NCBI GenBank assembly: GCA_964016885.1
Contig: OZ024744.1
Coordinates: 127,100,001-127,164,000 of the forward strand
Source of the DNA: Eledone cirrhosa
Taxonomy: Eukaryota
Reading direction: 5' to 3'
Length of the DNA stretch: 64,000 nt
The position numbers and the translations under genes were made by a program. Positions 48,996 to 60,409 of this stretch are shown here, one piece after another (positions within the stretch are counted from its first letter, which is position 1; each line of letters starts with the position of its first letter). The notes beneath the pieces are model-generated. The model saw nothing but the letters and a program-made list of their open reading frames with translations. It did no database searches and was not told the DNA's origin.

Positions 48996-51900
48996 TGGGG
49001 TTAAGTTAAGTTGGGGTTAAGTTAAGTTGGGGGTTAGTTAAGTTGGGGGCAAGTTAAGTTGGGGTTAATTTAAGTTGGGGTTAAGTTAAGTTGGGGTTAT
49101 GTTAAGTTGGGGTTAAGTTAAGTTGGGGTTAAGTTAAGTTGGGGGTAAGTTAAGTTGGGGTTAAGTTAAGTTGGGGGTAAGTTAAGTTGAGGGTAAGTTA
49201 AGTTGGGGTTAAGTTAAGTTGGGGTTAAATTAAGTTGGGGGTAAGTTAAATTGGGGGTAAGTTAAGTTGGGGTTAAGTTAAGTTGGGGTTAAGTTAAGTT
49301 GAGGTTAAGTTAAGTTGGGGTTAAGTTAAATTGGGGTTAATTTAAGTTGGGGGTAAGATAAGTTGGGGCTAAGTTAAGTTGGGGCTAAGTCAAGTTGGGG
49401 TTAAGTCAAGTTGAGGTTAACTTAAGTTGGGGTTATGTTAAGTTGGGGTTAAGTTGGGGCTAAGTTAAGTTGGGGCTGAGTTAAGTTGGGGTTAAGTTAA
49501 GTTGGGGTTGAGTTAAGTTGGGGTTAAGTTAAGTTGGGATTAAGTTAAGTTGGGGTTAAGTTAAGTTCGGCTTGAGTTAAGTTGGGGTTAAGTTAAGTTG
49601 GGGTTAATTTATTGTTGGGGTTAAGTTAAGTTGGGGTTAAGATAAGTTGGGGTTAAGTTAAGTTGGGGTTAAGTTAAGTTGGGGTTGAGTTAATTTGGGG
49701 TTAAGTTAAGTTGGGGTTAACTTAAGTTGGGGTTAAGTTGGGGTTAAGTTAAGTTGGGATTAAGTTAAGTTGGGGGTAGGTTAAGTTGGGGGCAAGTTAA
49801 GTTGGGTTTAAGTTAAGTTGGGGCTAAGTTAAGTTGGGGCTAAGTTAAGTTGGGGCTGAGTTAAGTTGGGGTTAAGTTAAGTTGGGGTTGAGTTAAGTTG
49901 GGGTTGAGTTAAGTTGGGGTTATGTTAAGTTAGGGTTGAGTTAAGTTGGGGTTGAGTTAAGTTGGGGTTGAGTTAAGTTGGGGTTAAGTTAAGTTGGCGT
50001 TAAGTTAAGTTGGGGTTAAGTTAAGTTGGGGTTAAGTTAATTTGCGGTTAAGTTAGGTTGTGGGTTAAGTTAAGTTGGGGTTAAGTTAAGCTGGGGTTAA
50101 GTTGGGGTAAGTTAAGTTGGGGTTAAGTTAAGTTGGGGTTAAGTTAAGTTGGGGTTAAGTTAAGTTGGGGGTAAGTTAAGTTGGGGGCAAGTTAAGTTGG
50201 GGTTAAGTTAAGTTGGGGTTAAGTTGGGGTTAAGTTAAGTTGGGGTTAAGTTAAGTTGGGGTTAAGTTAAGTTAGGGTTAATTTCAGTTGGGGTTATGTT
50301 AAGTTGGGGATAAGTTAAGTTGGGGTTAAGTTAAAGTTGGGGTTAAGTTAAGTTGGGGTTAAGTTAAGTTAGGGTTAATTTCAGTTGGGGTTATGTTAAG
50401 TTGGGGTTAAGTTAAGTTGGGGTTAAGTTAAGTTGGAGGTAAGTTAAGTGGGGTGTAAGTTAAGTTGGGGTTAAGTTAAGTTGGGGTTCAGTTCAGTTGG
50501 GGTTATGTTAAGTTGGGGTTAAGTTAAGCTGGGGGTAAGTTAAGTTGGGTGTAAGTTAAGTTGGGGTTAAGTTAAGTTGGGGTTAAGTTAAGTTGGGGGT
50601 TAGTTAAGTTGGGGGCAAGTTAAGTTGGGGTTAATTTAAGTTGGGGTTAAGTTAAGTTGGGGTTATGTTAAGTTGGGGTTAAGTTAAGTTGGGGTTAAGT
50701 TAAGTTGGGGGTAAGTTAAGTTGGGGTTAAGTTAAGTTGGGGGTAAGTTAAGTTGAGGGTAAGTTAAGTTGGGGTTAAGTTAAGTTGGGGTTAAGTTAAG
50801 TTGGGGTTAAGTTAAGTTGGGGTTGAGTTAAGTTGGGGTTGAGTTAAGTTGGGGTTAAGTTAAGTGGGGTTAAGTTAAGTTGGGGTTAAGTTAAGTTGGG
50901 GGTAAGTTAAGTTGGGGTTAAGTTAATTTGCGGTTAAGTTAGGTTGTGGGTTAAGTTAAGTTGGGGTTAAGTTAAGCTGGGGTTAAGTTGGGGTAAGTTA
51001 AGTTGGGGTTAAGTTAAGTTGGGGTTAAGTTAAGTTGGGGTTAAATTAAGTTGGGGTTAAGTTAAGTTGGGGTTATGTTAAGTTGGGGTTAAGTTAAGTT
51101 GCGGTTAAGTTAAGTTGGGGTTAAGTTAAGTTGGGGTTAAGTTAAGTTGGGGTTAAGTTAAGTTGGAGTTAAGTTAAGTTGGGGTTAACTTAAGTTGGGG
51201 TTAAGTTGGGGTTAAGTTAAGTTGGGGTTAAGTTAAGTTGGGGGTTAGTTAAGTTGGGGGCAAGTTAAGTTGGGGTTAATTTAAGTTGGGGTTAAGTTAA
51301 GTTGGGGTTATGCTAAGTTGGGGTTAAGTTAAGTTGGGGTTAAGTTAAGTTGGGGGTAAGTTAAGTTGGGGTTAAGTTAAGTTGGGGGTAAGTTAAGTTG
51401 GGGGTAAGTTAAGTTGAGGGTAAGTTAAGTTGGGGTTAAGTTAAGTTGGGGTTAAATTGAGTTGGGGGTAAGTTAAGTTGGGGGTAAGTTAAGTTGGGGT
51501 TAAGTTAAGTTGGGGTTAAGTTAAGTTGGGGTTAAGTTAAGGTGGGGGTAAGTTAAGTTGGGGTTAAGTTAATTTGCGGTTAAGTTAGGTTGTGGGTTAA
51601 GTTAAGTTGGGGTTAAGTTAAGCTGGGGTTAAGTTGGGGTAAGTTAAGTTGGGGTTAAGTTGAGTTGGGGTTAAGTTAAGTTGGTGTTAAGTTAAGTTGG
51701 GGGTAAGTTAAGTTGGGGTTAAGTTAAGTTGGGGTTAAGTTAAGTTGGGGGTAAGATAAGTTGGGGCTAAGTTAAGTTGGGGCTAAGTCAAGTTGGGGTT
51801 AAGTCAAGTTGAGGTTAACTTAAGTTGGGGTTAAGTTAAGTTGGGGTTAAGTTAAGTTGGGGTTAAGGTAAGTTGGGGTTAAGTTAAGTTGGGGCTAAGT

Positions 51901-54330
51901 TAAGTTGGGGCTAAGTTAAGTTGGGGCTGAGTTAAGTTGGGGTTAAGTTGGGTTTGAGTTAATTTGGGGTTAAGTTAAGTTGGGATTAAGTTAAGTTGGG
52001 GTTAAGTTAAGTTCGGGTTGAGTTAAGTTGGGGTTAAGTTAAGTTGGGGTTAATTTAAGTTGGGGTTAAGTTAAGTTGGGGTTAAGATAAGTTGGGGTTA
52101 AGTTAAGTTGGGGTTAAGTTAAGTTGGGGTTGAGTTAATTTGGGGTTAAGTTAAGTTGGGGTTAACTTAAGTTTGGGTTAAGTTAAGTTGGGGTTAAATT
52201 AAGTTGGGGGTAAGTTAAGTTGGGTGCAAGTTGAGTTGGGGTTAAGTTAAGTTGGGGTTAAGTTAAGGTGGGGGTAAGTTAAGTTGGGGGTAAGTTAAGT
52301 TGGGGTTAAGTTAAGTTGGGGTTAAGTTAAGTTGGGTTTAAGTTAAGTTGGGGCTAAGTTAAGTTGGGGCTAAGTTAAGTTGGGGTTAAGTTAAGTTGGG
52401 GGTAGGTTAAGTTGGGGTTAAGTTAAGCTGGGGTTAAGTTGGGGTAAGTTAAGTTGGGGGTAAGTTAAGTTGGGGTTAAGTTATGTTGGGGTTAAGTTAA
52501 GTTGGGGTTAAGTTAAGTTGGGGTTAAGTTAAGTTGGGGTTAAGTTAAGTTGGGGTTAAGTTAAGTTGGGGTTAAGTTAAGTTGGGGGTTAGTTAAGTTG
52601 GGGGCAAGTTAAGTTGGGGTTAATTTAAGTTGGGGTTAAGTTAAGTTGGGGTTATGTTAAGTTGGGGTTAAGTTAAGTTGGGGTTAAGTTAAGTTGGGGG
52701 TAAGTTAAGTTGGGGTTAAGTTAAGTTGGGGGTAAGTTAAGTTGAGGGTAAGTTAAGTTGGGGTTAAGTTAAGTTGGGGTTAAATTAAGTTGGGGGTAAG
52801 TTAAATTGGGGGTAAGTTAAGTTGGGGTTAAGTTAAGTTGGGGTTAAGTTAAGTTGAGGTTAAGTTAAGTTGGGGTTAAGTTAAATTGGGGTTAATTTAA
52901 GTTGGGGGTAAGATAAGTTGGGGCTAAGTTAAGTTGGGGCTAAGTCAAGTTGGGGTTAAGTCAAGTTGAGGTTAACTTAAGTTGGGGTTATGTTAAGTTG
53001 GGGTTAAGTTGGGGCTAAGTTAAGTTGGGGCTGAGTTAAGTTGGGGTTAAGTTAAGTTGGGGTTGAGTTAAGTTGGGGTTAAGTTAAGTTGGGATTAAGT
53101 TAAGTTGGGGTTAAGTTAAGTTCGGCTTGAGTTAAGTTGGGGTTAAGTTAAGTTGGGGTTAATTTATTGTTGGGGTTAAGTTAAGTTGGGGTTAAGATAA
53201 GTTGGGGTTAAGTTAAGTTGGGGTTAAGTTAAGTTGGGGTTGAGTTAATTTGGGGTTAAGTTAAGTTGGGGTTAACTTAAGTTGGGGTTAAGTTGGGGTT
53301 AAGTTAAGTTGGGATTAAGTTAAGTTGGGGGTAGGTTAAGTTGGGGGCAAGTTAAGTTGGGTTTAAGTTAAGTTGGGGCTAAGTTAAGTTGGGGCTAAGT
53401 TAAGTTGGGGCTGAGTTAAGTTGGGGTTAAGTTAAGTTGGGGTTGAGTTAAGTTGGGGTTGAGTTAAGTTGGGGTTATGTTAAGTTAGGGTTGAGTTAAG
53501 TTGGGGTTGAGTTAAGTTGGGGTTGAGTTAAGTTGGGGTTAAGTTAAGTTGGCGTTAAGTTAAGTTGGGGTTAAGTTAAGTTGGGGTTAAGTTAATTTGC
53601 GGTTAAGTTAGGTTGTGGGTTAAGTTAAGTTGGGGTTAAGTTAAGCTGGGGTTAAGTTGGGGTAAGTTAAGTTGGGGTTAAGTTAAGTTGGGGTTAAGTT
53701 AAGTTGGGGTTAAGTTAAGTTGGGGGTAAGTTAAGTTGGGGGCAAGTTAAGTTGGGGTTAAGTTAAGTTGGGGTTAAGTTGGGGTTAAGTTAAGTTGGGG
53801 TTAAGTTAAGTTGGGGTTAAGTTAAGTTAGGGTTAATTTCAGTTGGGGTTATGTTAAGTTGGGGATAAGTTAAGTTGGGGTTAAGTTAAAGTTGGGGTTA
53901 AGTTAAGTTGGGGTTAAGTTAAGTTAGGGTTAATTTCAGTTGGGGTTATGTTAAGTTGGGGTTAAGTTAAGTTGGGGTTAAGTTAAGTTGGAGGTAAGTT
54001 AAGTGGGGTGTAAGTAAAGTTGGGGTTAAGTTAAGTTGGGGTTCAGTTCAGTTGGGGTTATGTTAAGTTGGGGTTAAGTTAAGCTGGGGGTAAGTTAAGT
54101 TGGGTGTAAGTTAAGTTGGGGTTAAGTTAAGTTGGGGTTAAGTTAAGTTGGGGGTTAGTTAAGTTGGGGGCAAGTTAAGTTGGGGTTAATTTAAGTTGGG
54201 GTTAAGTTAAGTTGGGGTTATGTTAAGTTGGGGTTAAGTTAAGTTGGGGTTAAGTTAAGTTGGGGGTAAGTTAAGTTGGGGTTAAGTTAAGTTGGGGGTA
54301 AGTTAAGTTGAGGGTAAGTTAAGTTGGGGT
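47290..54330 (+). repeat. Tandem duplication of a ~3.5 kb block (truncated HOR type B), junction near 50765-50820
   Basis: Offset 3,539 for TTGGTG (48142/51681) and GGTGCAAG (48688/52227). The junction joins TTGAGGGTAAG to the TTGAG-TTGAG-AAGTGGGG block. Confidence 0.87.
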
Positions 54331-57300
54331 TAAGTTAAGTTGGGGTTAAATTAAGTTGGGGGTAAGTTAAGTTGGGGGTAAGTTAAGTTGGGGTTAAGTT
54401 AAGTTGGGGTTAAATTAAGTTGAGGTTAAGTTAAGTTGGGGTTAAGTTAAATTGGGGTTAATTTAAGTTGGGGGTAAGATAAGTTGGGGTTAAGTTAAGT
54501 TGGGGTTAAGATAAGTTGGGGTTAAGTTAAGTTGGGGTTAAGTTAAGTTGGGGTTGAGTTAATTTGGGGGTAGGTTAAGTTGGGGGCAAGTTAAGTTGGG
54601 GTTAAGTTAAGTTGGGGTTAAGTTAAGTTGGGTTTAAGTTAAGTTGGGGCTAAATTAAGTTGGGGCTAAGTTAAGTTGGGGCTGAGTTAAGTTGGGGTTA
54701 AGTTAAGTTGGGGTTGAGTTAAGTTGGGGTTATGTTAAGTTAGGGTTGAATTAAGTGGGGGTTGAGTTAAGTTGGGGTTAAGTTAAGTTGGCGTTAAGTT
54801 AAGTTGGGGTTAAGTTAAGTTGGGGTTAAGTTAATTTGCGGTTAAGTTAGGTTGTGGGTTAAGTTAAGTTGGGGTTAAGTTAAGCTGGGGTTAAGTTGGG
54901 GTAAGTTAAGTTGCGGTTAAGTTAAGTTGGGGTTAAGTTAAGTTGGGGTTAAGTTAAGTTGGGGTTAAGTTAAGTTGGGGTTGAGTTAAGTTGGGGTTGA
55001 GTTAAGTTGGGGTTAAGTTAAGTTGGGGTTAAGTTAAGTTGGGGTTAAGTTAAGTTGGGGGTAAGTTAAGTTGGGGTTAAGTTAATTTGCGGTTAAGTTA
55101 GGTTGTGGGTTAAGTTAAGTTGGGGTTAAGTTAAGCTGGGGTTAAGTTGGGGTAAGTTATGTTGGGGTTAAGTTAAGTTGGGGTTAAGTTAAGTTGGGGT
55201 TAAATTAAGTTGGGGTTAAGTTAAGTTGGGGTTATGTTAAGTTGGGGTTAAGTTAAGTTGCGGTTAAGTTAAGTTGGGGTTAAGTTAAGTTGGGGTTAAG
55301 TTAAGTTGGGGTTAAGTTAAGTTGGAGTTAAGTTAAGTTGGGGTTAACTTAAGTTGGGGTTAAGTTGGGGTTAAGTTAAGTTGGGGTTAAGTTAAGTTGG
55401 GGGTTAGTTAAGTTGGGGGCAAGTTAATTGGGGTTAATTTAAGTTGGGGTTAAGTTAAGTTGGGGTTATGCTAAGTTGGGGTTAAGTTAAGTTGGGGTTA
55501 AGTTAAGTTGGGGGTAAGTTAAGTTGGGGTTAAGTTAAGTTGGGGGTAAGTTAAGTTGGGGGTAAGTTAAGTTGAGGGTAAGTTAAGTTGGGGTTAAGTT
55601 AAGTTGGGGTTAAATTGAGTTGGGGGTAAGTTAAGTTGGGGGTAAGTTAAGTTGGGGTTAAGTTAAGTTGGGGTTAAATTAAGTTGAGGTTAAGTTAAGT
55701 TGGGGTTAAGTTAAGTTGGGGTTAAGTTAAGTTGGGGGTAAGATAAGTTGGGGCTAAGTTAAGTTGGGGCTAAGTCAAGTTGGGGTTAAGTTAAGTTGGG
55801 GTTAAGTTAAGTTGGGGTTAAGGTAAGTTGGGGTTATGTTAAGTTGGGGCTAAGTTAAGTTGGGGCTAAGTTAAGTTGGGGCTGAGTTAAGTTGGGGTTA
55901 AGTTAAGTTGGGGTTGAGTTAAGTTGGGGTTAAGTTAAGTTGGGATTAAGTTAAGTTGGGGTTAAGTTAAGTTCGGCTTGAGTTAAGTTGGGGTTAAGTT
56001 AAGTTGGGGTTAATTTAAGTTGGGGTTAAGTTAAGTTGGGGTTAAGATAAGTTGGGGTTAAGTTAAGTTGGGGTTAAGTTAAGTTGGGGTTGAGTTAATT
56101 TGGGGTTAAGTTAAGTTGGGGTTAACTTAAGTTGGGGTTAAGTTGGGGTTAAGTTAAGTTGGGGTTAAGTTAAGTTGGGGGTAAGTTAAGTTGGGTTTAA
56201 GTTAAGTTGGGGTTAAGTTAAGTTGGGGGTAAGTTAAGTTGGGTTTAAGTTAAGTTGGGTTTAAGTTAAGTTGGGGCTAAGTTAAGTTGGGGCTAAGTTA
56301 AGTTGGGGCTGAGTTAAGTTGGGGTTAAGTTAAGTTGGGGTTGAGTTAAGTTGGGGTTATGTTAAGTTAGGGTTGAGTTAAGTTGGGGTTGAGTTAAGTT
56401 GGGGTTGAGTTAAGTAGGGGTTAAGTTAAGTTGGCGTTAAGTTAAGTTTGGGTTAAGTTAAGTTGGGGTCAAGTTAATTTGCGGTTAAGTTAGGTTGTGG
56501 GTTAAATTAAGTTGGGGTTAAGTTAAGCTGGGGTTAAGTTGGGGTAAGTTAAGTTGGGGGTAAATTAAGTTGGGGTTAAGTTAAGTTGGGGTTAAGTTAA
56601 GTTGGGGTTGAGTTAAGTTGGGGTTGAGTTAAGTTGGGGTTGAGTTAAGTTGGGGTTGAGTTAAGTTGGGGTTAAGTTAAGTTGGGGTTAAGTTAAGTTG
56701 GGGGTAAGTTAAGTTGGGGTTAAGTTAAGTTGGGGTTAAGTTAAGTTGGGGTTAAGTTAAGTTGGGGTTAAGTTAAGTTGGGGTTTAGTTAAGTTGGGGG
56801 TTAGTTAAGTTGGGGGCAAGTTAAGTTGGGGTTAATTTAAGTTGGGGTTAAGTTAAGTTGGGGTTATGTTAAGTTGGGGTTAAGTTAAGTTGAGGTTAAG
56901 TTAAGTTGGGGGTAAGTTAAGTTGGGTGTAAGTTAAGTTGGGGTTAAGTTAAGTTGGGGTTAAGTTAAGTTGGGGGTTAGTTGAGTTGGGGGCAAGTTAA
57001 GTTGGGGTTATGTTAAGTTGGGGTAAAGTTAAGTTGGGGTTAAGTTAAGTTGGGGGTAAGTTAAGTTGGGGTTAAGTTAAGTTGGGGGTAAGTTAAGTTG
57101 AGGGTAAGTTAAGTTGGGGTTAAGTTAAGTTGGGGTTAAATTAAGTTGGGGGTAAGTTAAGTTGGGGGTAAGTTAAGTTGGGGTTAAGTTAAGTTGGGGT
57201 TAAATTAAGTTGAGGTTAAGTTAAGTTGGGGTTAAATTAAATTGGGGTTAATTTAAGTTGGGGGTAAGATAAGTTGGGGTTAAGTTAAGTTGGGGTTAAG

Positions 57301-58595
57301 ATAAGTTGGGGTTAAGTTAAGTTGGGGTTAAGTTAAGTTGGGGTTGAGTTAATTTGGGGTTAAGTTAAGTTGGGGTTAAGTTAAGTTGGGGTTAAGTTGG
57401 GGTTAAGTTAAGTTGGGGTTAAGTTAATTTGGGGGTAGGTTAAGTTGGGGGCAATTTAAGTTGGGGTTAAGTTAAGTTGGGGATAAGTTAAGTTGGGTTT
57501 AAGTTAAGTTGGGGCTAAGTTAAGTTGGGGCTAAGTTAAGTTGGGGCTGAGTTAAGTTGGGGTTAAGTTAAGTTGGGGTTGAGTTAAGTTGGGGTTATGT
57601 TAAGTTAGGGTTGAGTTAAGTTGGGGTTGAGTTAAGTTGGGGTTGAGTTAAGTTGGGGTTAAGTTAAGTTGGCGTTAAGTTAAGTTGGGGTTAAATTAAG
57701 TTGGGGTTAAGTTAATTTGCGGTTAAGTTAGGTTGTGGGTTAAGTTAAGTTGGGGTTAAGTTAAGCTGGGGTTAAGTTGGGGTAAGTTAAGTTGGGGTTA
57801 AGTTAAGTTGGGGTTAAGTTAAGTTGGGGTTAAGTTAAGTTGGGGTTAAGTTAAGTTGGGGTTAAGTTAAGTTGGGGTTGAGTTAAGTTGGGGTTGAGTT
57901 AAGTTGGGGTTAAGTTAAGTGGGGTTAAGTTAAGTTGGGGTTAAGTTAAGTTGGGGGTAAGTTAAGTTGGGGTTAAGTTAATTTGCGGTTAAGTTAGGTT
58001 GTGGGTTAAGTTAAGTTGGGGTTAAGTTAAGCTGGGGTTAAGTTGGGGTAAGTTAAGTTGGGGTTAAGTTAAGTTGGGGTTAAGTTAAGTTGGGGTTAAA
58101 TTAAGTTGGGGTTAAGTTAAGTTGGGGTTATGTTAAGTTGGGGTTAAGTTAAGTTGCGGTTAAGTTAAGTTGGGGTTAAGTTAAGTTGGGGTTAAGTTAA
58201 GTTGGGGTTAAGTTAAGTTGGAGTTAAGTTAAGTTGGGGTTAACTTAAGTTGGGGTTAAGTTGGGGTTAAGTTAAGTTGGGGTTAAGTTAAGTTGGGGGT
58301 TAGTTAAGTTGGGGGCAAGTTAAGTTGGGGTTAATTTAAGTTGGGGTTAAGTTAAGTTGGAGTTATGCTAAGTTGGGGTTAAGTTAAGTTGGGGTTAAGT
58401 TAAGTTGGGGGTAAGTTAAGTTGGGGTTAAGTTAAGTTGGGGGTAAGTTAAGTTGGGGGTAAGTTAAGTTGAGGGTAAGTTAAGTTGGGGTTAAGTTAAG
58501 TTAGGGTTAAATTGAGTTGGGGGTAAGTTAAGTTGGGGGTAAGTTAAGTTGGGGTTAAGTTAAGTTGGGGTTAAGTTAAGTTGGGGTTAAGTTAA
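51541..58595 (+). repeat. One full ~7.1 kb HOR unit (7,055 bp)
   Basis: GGTGGGGG at 51541 and 58596, and TTGGTG at 51681 and 58736, both give 7,055 bp. Confidence 0.85.
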
Positions 58596-60409
58596 GGTGG
58601 GGGTAAGTTAAGTTGGGGTTAAGTTAATTTGCGGTTAAGTTAGGTTGTGGGTTAAGTTAAGTTGGGGTTAAGTTAAGCTGGGGTTAAGTTGGGGTAAGTT
58701 AAGTTGGGGTTAAGTTGAGTTGGGGTTAAGTTAAGTTGGTGTTAAGTTAAGTTGGGGGTAAGTTAAGTTGGGGTTAAGTTAAGTTGGGGTTAAGTTAAGT
58801 TGGGGTTAAGTTAAGTTGGGGGTAAGATAAGTTGGGGCTAAGTTAAGTTGGGGCTAAGTCAAGTTGGGGTTAAGTCAAGTTGAGGTTAACTTAAGTTGGG
58901 GTTAAGTTAAGTTGGGGTTAAGTTAAGTTGGGGTTAAGGTAAGTTGGGGTTAAGTTAAGTTGGGGCTAAGTTAAGTTGGGGCTAAGTTAAGTTGGGGCTG
59001 AGTTAAGTTGGGGTTAAGTTGGGTTTGAGTTAATTTGGGGTTAAGTTAAGTTGGGATTAAGTTAAGTTGGGGTTAAGTTAAGTTCGGGTTGAGTTAAGTT
59101 GGGGTTAAGTTAAGTTGGGGTTAATTTAAGTTGGGGTTAAGTTAAGTTGGGGTTAAGATAAGTTGGGGTTAAGTTAAGTTGGGGTTAAGTTAAGTTGGGG
59201 TTGAGTTAATTTGGGGTTAAGTTAAGTTGGGGTTAACTTAAGTTTGGGTTAAGTTAAGTTGGGGTTAAATTAAGTTGGGGGTAAGTTAAGTTGGGTGCAA
59301 GTTGAGTTGGGGTTAAGTTAAGTTGGGGTTAAGTTAAGGTGGGGGTAAGTTAAGTTGGGGTTAAGTTAAGTTGGGGTTAAGTTAAGTTGGGGTTAAGTTA
59401 AGTTGGGTTTAAGTTAAGTTGGGGCTAAGTTAAGTTGGGGCTAAGTTAAGTTGGGGTTAAGTTAAGTTGGGGGTAGGTTAAGTTGGGGTTAAGTTAAGCT
59501 GGGGTTAAGTTGGGGTAAGTTAAGTTAGGGGTAAGTTAAGTTGGGGTTAAGTTATGTTGGGGTTAAGTTAAGTTGGGGTTAAGTTAAGTTGGGGTTAAGT
59601 TAAGTTGGGGTTAAGTTAAGTTGGGGTTAAGTTAAGTTGGGGGTAAGTTAAGTTGGGGTTAAGTTAAGTTGGGGTTAAGTTAAGTTGGGGTTATGTTAAG
59701 TTGGGGTTAAGTTAAGTTGGGGTTAAGTTAAGTTGGGGGTAAGTTAAGTTGGGGTTAAGTTAAGTTGGGGGTAAGTTAAGTAGAGGGTAAGTTAAGTTGG
59801 GGTTAAGTTAAGTTGGGGTTAAATTAAGTTGGGGGTAAGTTAAATTGGGGGTAAGTTAAGTTGGGGTTAAGTTAAGTTGGGGTTAAGTTAAGTTGAGGTT
59901 AAGTTAAGTTGGGGTTAAGTTAAATTGGGGTTAATTTAAGTTGGGGGTAAGATAAGTTGGGGCTAAGTTAAGTTGGGGCTAAGTCAAGTTGGGGTTAAGT
60001 CAAGTTGAGGTTAACTTAAGTTGGGGTTATGTTAAGTTGGGGTTAAGTTGGGGCTAAGTTAAGTTGGGGCTGAGTTAAGTTGGGGTTAAGTTAAGTTGGG
60101 GTTGAGTTAAGTTGGGGTTAAGTTAAGTTGGGATTAAGTTAAGTTGGGGTTAAGTTAAGTTCGGCTTGAGTTAAGTTGGGGTTAAGTTAAGTTGGGGTTA
60201 ATTTATTGTTGGGGTTAAGTTAAGTTGGGGTTAAGATAAGTTGGGGTTCAGTTAAGTTGGGGTTAAGTTAAGTTGGGGTTGAGTTAATTTGGGGTTAAGT
60301 TAAGTTGGGGTTAACTTAAGTTGGGGTTAAGTTGGGGTTAAGTTAAGTTGGGATTAAGTTAAGTTGGGGGTAGGTTAAGTTGGGGGCAAGTTAAGTTGGG
60401 GCTAAGTTA

